Notes under the pieces: model-generated | Databases searched by the model: none | What the model was told of the DNA's origin: nothing | Seen by the model: only the letters and a program-made list of their open reading frames with translations | Source of the DNA: Gemmatimonadota bacterium | Lineage (GTDB): Bacteria > Gemmatimonadota > Gemmatimonadetes > Gemmatimonadales > GWC2-71-9 | Direction: 5' to 3' | Length of the DNA stretch: 64,000 nucleotides | Assembly: GCA_039588295.1 (NCBI GenBank) | Contig: JBDHAB010000001.1 | Span: forward strand, 256,001-320,000 | Translations under genes and position numbers: made by a program | Shown: positions 58,163-64,000 of the stretch, in pieces | How positions within the stretch are numbered: the stretch's first letter is position 1 | Layout: every line of letters begins with the position of its first letter

Positions 58163-61123
58163 ATGAGCGCAATCCTGATCATCGCGATCCTCCTGAGTAC
58201 CGGTGCTTTGGGGTGGGCGCTCGTGTTGTTCTACCGCCGCCGGGTCATTTGGCTTGCAGCATTAGGTGGTGTTGTTGCCCTGATGCTGGTCCGCCAGATC
58301 TGGACACTGTTGCTCGAAGGTCTCTCGACACCGCTGTCCCTAACCGCGCGTCCAGAACAACTGCCGGATCTGGCTCTCGGCGCCGTCGCGTTGCTCGTGG
58401 TTGGGTTCATCCACCGCCACACGCGCCACGTCAAGCGTGTGGCCGCGACCCTCCCGATACGTGAACCGCATTGGCGCGCCCTGATCGAAAACGCCCTGGA
58501 CCGCGATGTCATTGCGGTTCTGAATGAAGACGCTCGCATCCAGTACGTGAATCCCCCAGCCGAGGTGATCCTCGGCTATGGCACGAAGGAGCTTCGGGAT
58601 CGGGTGGTGTTCGAACTCATTCATCCGGACGACAGACCCCAAGTCCAAGAGGTGTTTACGGATTGCATCCGGAAGCCGGGACCGGCGCCGAAGATCGAGT
58701 TTCGTATCCGGCGTAAAGATGGTGCCGACGTGTGGTTTGAAGCGGTGGGGAACAACCTCCTTGGCGATCCGGAGCTGCAGTGCGTGGTCGTGAGTTGTCG
58801 TGACATCTCCGATCGACGTGTCAAGGAAGCCGAGGTGCGGGATGCCTGGATTCAAACCCAGCAGTTCCTGAATGCATCTGAAGTGATGTTTGTCGCGCTC
58901 GACCAGGATGGGAAGATCACGCTCGTCAATCGCAAGGCTATCCGCCTCCTCGGATACCGGCACGCACGTGAGTTGATCGGGGTGGATTGGTTTGCGACGT
59001 GCATTCCCGACTCTGACGAAGCCGACGCCAAAGCGGTCTTCACCAAGCTCATGTCGGGTGAGGCTGCGCCGACTGCGTACCACGAGAACCTGGTGAGAAC
59101 TCAGGATGAACGTCAGCGTCTGATCGCATGGCACGACGTCGTTCTTCGTGGCACCGATGGCGCACCGACCGGAACCCTCAGCGCCGGTGAGGACATCACC
59201 GATCGACGCGCAGTCGAAGATGAGTTGCTCAAGTTCCGCATGGGTATCGAGCGCTCCAGCGACATCGTGTTCCTGACCGACGTGGATGGGAACATCCTCT
59301 ACGCGAACCCGGCATTTGAGCGTGTCTATGGCCATCGGCCCGAGGATGTCATCGGCCAGAATCCTCGTATTCTGAAATCCGGCATCGTCCCGCCAGAAGT
59401 GTACCACCAGTTCTGGCAAGCGCTCCTCGCGAAGGAGGTGGTGACCGGCGAGATCGTCAACCAGGCCAAAGACGGTACGCTGGTGACCGTCGAAGTCTCC
59501 GTGAGCCCAACGATTGGCGAGGATGGCAACATCATTGGATATCTCGCGATCCAGCATGACGTGACCGAGCGCAAAGCGACCGAAGATGCGCTGCGGCGCT
59601 CCGAAACCAGCTACCGCGAGTTGGTCGAGCACGCCGTGTACGGTGTCTACCGTTCCACGCCGGATGGCCGGTTCTTGTCGGTCAACCCAGCCCTGGTACA
59701 GATCCTCGGCTACGACTCGGCCGAAGAGCTGTTGAGCGTCGATATGGCAGTGGACATCTACGCGAGTCAGGGTCAACGCGCTCGGATGGTTGAGCGGTAT
59801 GGAGGCCAGCAGCTAGTCGAAGGACTCGAAGTCGACTGGAAACGGAAGGACGACAGTCGCGTCACCGTACGTCTCAGTGGTCGTCCGATTCTCGATGAGG
59901 CCGGGAAGGTCAAGTACGTCGAAATGTTGGTCGAAGATGTGACGGAACGACGTGCGCTGGAGCAGCAGCTGCAACATGCACAGAAGCTCGAGGCGATCGG
60001 TCAACTGACGGCGGGCATCGCACACGACTTCAACAACATCTTGACAACCATCATCGCGAGTTCGGAGCTGGCAGCGCAGTCACTATCCATGGAACAAGAG
60101 GAGGTCCACGCCGATCTCGAAGAGATCACCGGTGCGGCGCGTCGTGCCGCCGAGATGATCAAGAAGCTCATGGCCTTCGGGCGACGAGAGCACCTGGAGC
60201 TCGAACCGATCGACTTGGAACCCATTCTGCATGAGACGGCCTCGATGATGAAGCGGGTGCTCCCCGAGAATATCGAGTTGAGGCTTCGGGTCGGACAGGG
60301 GTGTGGCCTGGTACAGGGCAATAGAGGAGCCATCGAGCAAATACTGCTCAACATGGGTGCGAACGCCCGCGACGCGATGCCACAGGGCGGCAAGCTCACG
60401 GTGTCCCTGACCCGCTTCTTGATCGACGACGAGTATCGTCGTCGCCATGGGTGGGGTAAGCCCGGATTCTACGTGCTCCTCTCGATCACCGATTCAGGAA
60501 CCGGGATGGACGCTCGGACGCAGGCACGGATCTTTGAACCGTTCTTCACAACGAAGTCCGTGGGGCGCGGAACGGGACTTGGCCTCGCCATGGTGTATGG
60601 CTTGATCAAGCAGCATGGCGGATACATCGACTTGTACAGTGAGCTGGGAAGGGGGACGACGTTCAACCTCTATTTCCCGATCACCGAGGAGATCGAACAA
60701 GCCGACCGACCGACAGCAACGGCGCAAGTGCAACACGGTGCCGAGACGATTCTCGTGGTGGAGGATGAAGAGGCCATACGCCGCTCGGCGCAGCGGATTC
60801 TCGAACGCTATGGATACCGGGTGCTGGCCGCGGCAGACGGGCAGCAGGCCATGGCGTTTCTGCAGAAGCACTCGGGCGGGGTGGACCTCGTCGTCACCGA
60901 CGTTGTGATGCCGAACCTGGGTGGCGTAGGACTCTATGAGCAGACGCGGCAGGCGGGCAGCGGCGTGCGCTTTCTGTTCACCAGCGGGTATATGGCGAGT
61001 GAGGTGCTCGACCCGAAAGACGGAGAGCCGACGCCGCAATTCCTGCGAAAGCCATGGACCGTGACGGATCTCGTGACCAAAGTGCGCGAGGTGCTGGACA
61101 CATCACCCTCGAGAGTACCTTGA
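58163..61123 (+). CDS. Hybrid kinase, 3TM-4xPAS-HisKA-HATPase-REC (CckA-like)
   Basis: GIAHDFNN, NARDAMP, FEPFFTTK, GTGLGL, C-terminal REC. Confidence 0.94.
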   Translation: MSAILIIAILLSTGALGWALVLFYRRRVIWLAALGGVVALMLVRQIWTLLLEGLSTPLSLTARPEQLPDLALGAVALLVVGFIHRHTRHVKRVAATLPIREPHWRALIENALDRDVIAVLNEDARIQYVNPPAEVILGYGTKELRDRVVFELIHPDDRPQVQEVFTDCIRKPGPAPKIEFRIRRKDGADVWFEAVGNNLLGDPELQCVVVSCRDISDRRVKEAEVRDAWIQTQQFLNASEVMFVALDQDGKITLVNRKAIRLLGYRHARELIGVDWFATCIPDSDEADAKAVFTKLMSGEAAPTAYHENLVRTQDERQRLIAWHDVVLRGTDGAPTGTLSAGEDITDRRAVEDELLKFRMGIERSSDIVFLTDVDGNILYANPAFERVYGHRPEDVIGQNPRILKSGIVPPEVYHQFWQALLAKEVVTGEIVNQAKDGTLVTVEVSVSPTIGEDGNIIGYLAIQHDVTERKATEDALRRSETSYRELVEHAVYGVYRSTPDGRFLSVNPALVQILGYDSAEELLSVDMAVDIYASQGQRARMVERYGGQQLVEGLEVDWKRKDDSRVTVRLSGRPILDEAGKVKYVEMLVEDVTERRALEQQLQHAQKLEAIGQLTAGIAHDFNNILTTIIASSELAAQSLSMEQEEVHADLEEITGAARRAAEMIKKLMAFGRREHLELEPIDLEPILHETASMMKRVLPENIELRLRVGQGCGLVQGNRGAIEQILLNMGANARDAMPQGGKLTVSLTRFLIDDEYRRRHGWGKPGFYVLLSITDSGTGMDARTQARIFEPFFTTKSVGRGTGLGLAMVYGLIKQHGGYIDLYSELGRGTTFNLYFPITEEIEQADRPTATAQVQHGAETILVVEDEEAIRRSAQRILERYGYRVLAAADGQQAMAFLQKHSGGVDLVVTDVVMPNLGGVGLYEQTRQAGSGVRFLFTSGYMASEVLDPKDGEPTPQFLRKPWTVTDLVTKVREVLDTSPSRVP

Positions 61124-62319
61124 CGGTGTCGTCATCGTCCGATCGTCCGCAGCTCCAATGGTTGGGACCGGCCGCCAGCGAGGGGCAGGGTGCGACACGG
61201 ACGGAGGCACGTGAACGCGATGCAGCTCGCGTCCTCGTGGTTGATGATGAGGATGGGGTCCGCCGTGCCGTCGCCCGTGTGCTCCGGACGCTCGGACACG
61301 AAGTGCAAGTTGCCAATGATGGTGTCGCAGCGCTGCATATGCTCGGACCCCACATCGACTTGATCGTGCTCGACGCCGACATGCCGGGCCTTGATGGCTT
61401 TGAGCTCACGCGCCGGATTCGAGAGACTCCGGATTACTTCGATCTGCCGATCGTCATGCTCACAGGGCTCGAGGGGAGGGAACATCGCATTCGCGCTCTG
61501 CAAGCGGGTGTCAACGACTTCCTGTCCAAACCCTTCGACCCGACCGAGTTGGAGGCCCGCACACGGTGGCTGCTGCAGCTGAAGCAGGCGCACGATACCA
61601 TCAAGCAGCAGCGGGAAGATCTCGAGAATACCGTGCGCAAGCGCACGGCCGCGTTGAGTGCGGCGCTCGAGGAAGTGGCGGCAGCCCATCAGCAGACGCA
61701 CGAGGCTCACCTCGACACCATCCGACGGCTCGTGCTCGCCGCGGAGCACAAGGATCGTGCGACCGCAGCGCACATCGAACGGATAGGGCTGTTCTGTGAA
61801 CTACTCGCCGATCACCTGCGGCTTCCGCCGGAACGCACCGCGCTGATTCGGCACGGCAGCCAGATGCACGACGTGGGCAAGCTCGGCATTCCCGACTGCA
61901 TCCTCCAGAAGCCCGGCACACTGGATCCTCCGGAGTGGGAGGTGATGAAGCAGCATGCCACCATGGGTGCCAGAATTCTCCAGGGTTCGGCATCGGAGAT
62001 CATGCATGTGGGAGAGGTGGTTGCACTGTCTCATCACGAGTGGTGGGACGGATCCGGATATCCGAGCGGGCTGGCCGGTGAGGAGATTCCTCTCGAAGGA
62101 CGCATCTGCGCCGTCGCAGACGTGTTCGATGCACTGACGACGAAGCGCCCCTACCGGCGGGCCCTACCCAACAACGCGGTCTTCGACATGATGCGGACGG
62201 AACGCGGACGCCACTTTGATCCACAGATCCTCGACGCGTTCACGTCCTGTCGCAAGGAAGTGGAAAACATTCAACAGCAGTATCGGTATGTCACTGGGGA
62301 GACCGAGATCCCACACTGA
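61120..62319 (+). CDS. REC-HD-GYP c-di-GMP phosphodiesterase (RpfG-like)
   Basis: REC domain, HDVGK, HHEWWDGSGYP, ADVFDALT..RPY. TTG start overlapping the upstream stop is assumed. Confidence 0.93.
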   Translation: MTVSSSSDRPQLQWLGPAASEGQGATRTEARERDAARVLVVDDEDGVRRAVARVLRTLGHEVQVANDGVAALHMLGPHIDLIVLDADMPGLDGFELTRRIRETPDYFDLPIVMLTGLEGREHRIRALQAGVNDFLSKPFDPTELEARTRWLLQLKQAHDTIKQQREDLENTVRKRTAALSAALEEVAAAHQQTHEAHLDTIRRLVLAAEHKDRATAAHIERIGLFCELLADHLRLPPERTALIRHGSQMHDVGKLGIPDCILQKPGTLDPPEWEVMKQHATMGARILQGSASEIMHVGEVVALSHHEWWDGSGYPSGLAGEEIPLEGRICAVADVFDALTTKRPYRRALPNNAVFDMMRTERGRHFDPQILDAFTSCRKEVENIQQQYRYVTGETEIPH

Positions 62320-63148
62320 ATGCCCAGCTGGCGCCGACAACTAGCTGCGGTCCTGCCGGGAAGTTCTGACCGGACAACGGAAACCGCCCCCCACCCTCGA
62401 TCCATACGGCGCCCGGTAAGCGCACGGCTGCCTCAGCCTGGAGCGTGAGGACGCGCCGGGACGTCCCGGTCTCGACACCTTCGACGATCCAGTTGCGGCC
62501 TACGAATCCGTCGATGGTAGCCTTGAGCAGCGACCAGCTGGTTGGATTGCCGCCGACTTCTCCCAGGAACACGAACTCGCCGCCAGGATCCTTGAAGGTG
62601 GTGTTGTTGGCGAACCGAGCACGGTAGCCCAGCCACAGCTCAGCGTAGACGGGTGTGGGCCAGAACGAGTGGCCGATCTCCCCGAAGAGTTCGAGATCCC
62701 ACTGTCCCTCCCCCAGAGGTACGATGGTGACGTCCAGCGGGGCAAAACCCAGTGGAGCCTTCGCCCCGGCACGCACGGCGATGGGTGTTGAGCCGCGTCC
62801 GAGGTTCAGAGGCTGCCAGCGCACCCACGCGCGCAGGTCCCCGATTCCCGTACTGCGAAGATCCTCCGCAATCGACGTGAACCGGAGGTCGAGGAACGGA
62901 ATCTGAATCCACAGGTCGACCTTTGGGTGCAGTCCGATGATCACGTCCGTGAACACCGCGCGAGAATTGGCCTCGCCCCGATCGATCCGTTCGCGCCGAT
63001 TTCCGGCGGCGTCGTACTCTTCAGTTGTTTGCTGCCAGAAGAACGCGCTCTTCACCCAGAATCGTCCGAGACCCCCTTGCGTCCACTGCGCGTCAGCCGG
63101 GCTCGCGACTCCCAGCAGCAGCGCGACGCACAGGACCCTCCGGATCAC
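62291..63148 (-). CDS. Exported putative outer-membrane beta-barrel protein
   Basis: Signal peptide (ADA-Q), GIGDL motif, alternating beta-strand pattern; GTGA-coupled to the DUF3179 gene. Confidence 0.65.
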   Translation of the reverse strand: MIRRVLCVALLLGVASPADAQWTQGGLGRFWVKSAFFWQQTTEEYDAAGNRRERIDRGEANSRAVFTDVIIGLHPKVDLWIQIPFLDLRFTSIAEDLRSTGIGDLRAWVRWQPLNLGRGSTPIAVRAGAKAPLGFAPLDVTIVPLGEGQWDLELFGEIGHSFWPTPVYAELWLGYRARFANNTTFKDPGGEFVFLGEVGGNPTSWSLLKATIDGFVGRNWIVEGVETGTSRRVLTLQAEAAVRLPGAVWIEGGGRFPLSGQNFPAGPQLVVGASWAFSVGSRSPQ

Positions 63149-63999
63149 TGATTGGGCAGACGTGTTTCTGGATGAAAGACGGACCACGCAAACCAGAATA
63201 GCGTGTACGCATCCGCAACTGGCTCGAGCCGCTCACCGGCCAGAGGCCCGGCCGTTGCCTCGCCCCGCGCGTTCCACCGCGAGCCGGTTTCTGCGTCCTC
63301 GAACAGCAGTCCTCCGGAGCCGGAGAGCGAGAAGGTGAGCGTCGTACCGTTGACTCGCCGATCGAATGCCCGAGCCGTTCGGTGAAGGTCGACGTAGGTG
63401 ACGAAGATCGGACGGGTGCCGACCTGATCGTTGATTGCAGCCGCAGGGCCCGCCTCCGCCAGCATTCCGAACGGGTATGCCGCAGCGTCCCCATCGTCGT
63501 GCACGCCCAGCACGAGTTCCTTGGGTGGGCGTGACTCGTCCCATGGGGATGAGGGGAACAGCGTCCGGTCGTTGGCCTCACGATCGTAGTCACCGTACGG
63601 ATACTCGTCGTAGTTCCGTTCCCAACCGGTGTTTCTGGTTACGACGGTGGTGTTGGGGTGCAGCGCGCGCCAATGGCTCCACGTGGTTTCGATGATGGGG
63701 ATTCGGGGAAGCGCCTTGCCCCGGTCCGGGCCGCACTGCGATCCCAGAAGGAGCTGGTTCCAGAGACTTCGTGTCTGCCGGTCGAACATGATGAGGTTGT
63801 TCTCGTACAGGAGACCTGAAACCCCGAAAATCTTGAGCTCTCCGTCGAAAATCGGGTCAAAGGCCAAACCGGAGCCGGTCAACGGGCAGTAGCTCACCAG
63901 TATATTGCGGCCTCCTAGGGTGTCGTTCACCATCTCGTGCCACCACAGGATCGCCAGCGGATAGGCGCGTGCCTCGCCGTCCACCGTGATGCCGAGCAC
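63145..63999 (-). CDS. DUF3179-family protein (5'-truncated by the window edge)
   Basis: ARAYP..IL..HEMVND, SYCPLTGSG, FGVSGLLY.NNLIMFDRQT.SLW.Q, FWFAW..FHP. Confidence 0.88.
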   Translation of the reverse strand: MLGITVDGEARAYPLAILWWHEMVNDTLGGRNILVSYCPLTGSGLAFDPIFDGELKIFGVSGLLYENNLIMFDRQTRSLWNQLLLGSQCGPDRGKALPRIPIIETTWSHWRALHPNTTVVTRNTGWERNYDEYPYGDYDREANDRTLFPSSPWDESRPPKELVLGVHDDGDAAAYPFGMLAEAGPAAAINDQVGTRPIFVTYVDLHRTARAFDRRVNGTTLTFSLSGSGGLLFEDAETGSRWNARGEATAGPLAGERLEPVADAYTLFWFAWSVFHPETRLPNQ

Positions 64000-64000
64000 G

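Noticed and set aside
1..64000. CRISPR arrays, tRNA/rRNA, transposases, integrases, prophage or defence genes
   Set aside because: No regularly spaced repeats, RNA-gene signatures or matching proteins were recognised by eye; tRNAscan and CRISPR finders were not run.

Overview
GC-rich bacterial window, almost fully coding. Gene content would fit a Gemmatimonadota-like organism, but that is inference only. Left to right it holds: (1) a GlgE-pathway alpha-glucan/trehalose operon (glgP-glgE-treS/mak-glgX-glgB, minus strand); (2) a trans-sulfuration PLP enzyme, glnA and a heme-binding protein; (3) an uncharacterised minus-strand operon that looks like a synthase-dependent exopolysaccharide system (TPR-glycoside hydrolase, TPR-porin, degenerate GGDEF regulator, HEAT protein, processive GT2, hybrid kinase); (4) an Ntn peptidase, sodium:solute symporter and tryptophanase; (5) a ~17 kb metal/respiration island (membrane-anchored DtxR-FeoA2 with its palindromic operator, feoB, two monoheme cytochromes c, a Cyc2-like cytochrome-porin fusion, a two-component system, a DosS-type heme-GAF kinase, two ZIP transporters, a ba3-type oxidase, CBS, USP and beta-CASP genes) that also contains an unannotated structured RNA with its own terminator; (6) a signalling cluster with a 13-PAS giant kinase; (7) a beta-barrel gene and a partial DUF3179 gene. 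The strongest candidates for something new are the Cyc2-like/cytochrome c/ba3 island (possible microaerobic metal oxidation), the putative EPS system and the ~250-nt ncRNA. No rRNA, tRNA, CRISPR array or transposase was recognised. All family calls come from motif recognition by eye; no database searches were run.
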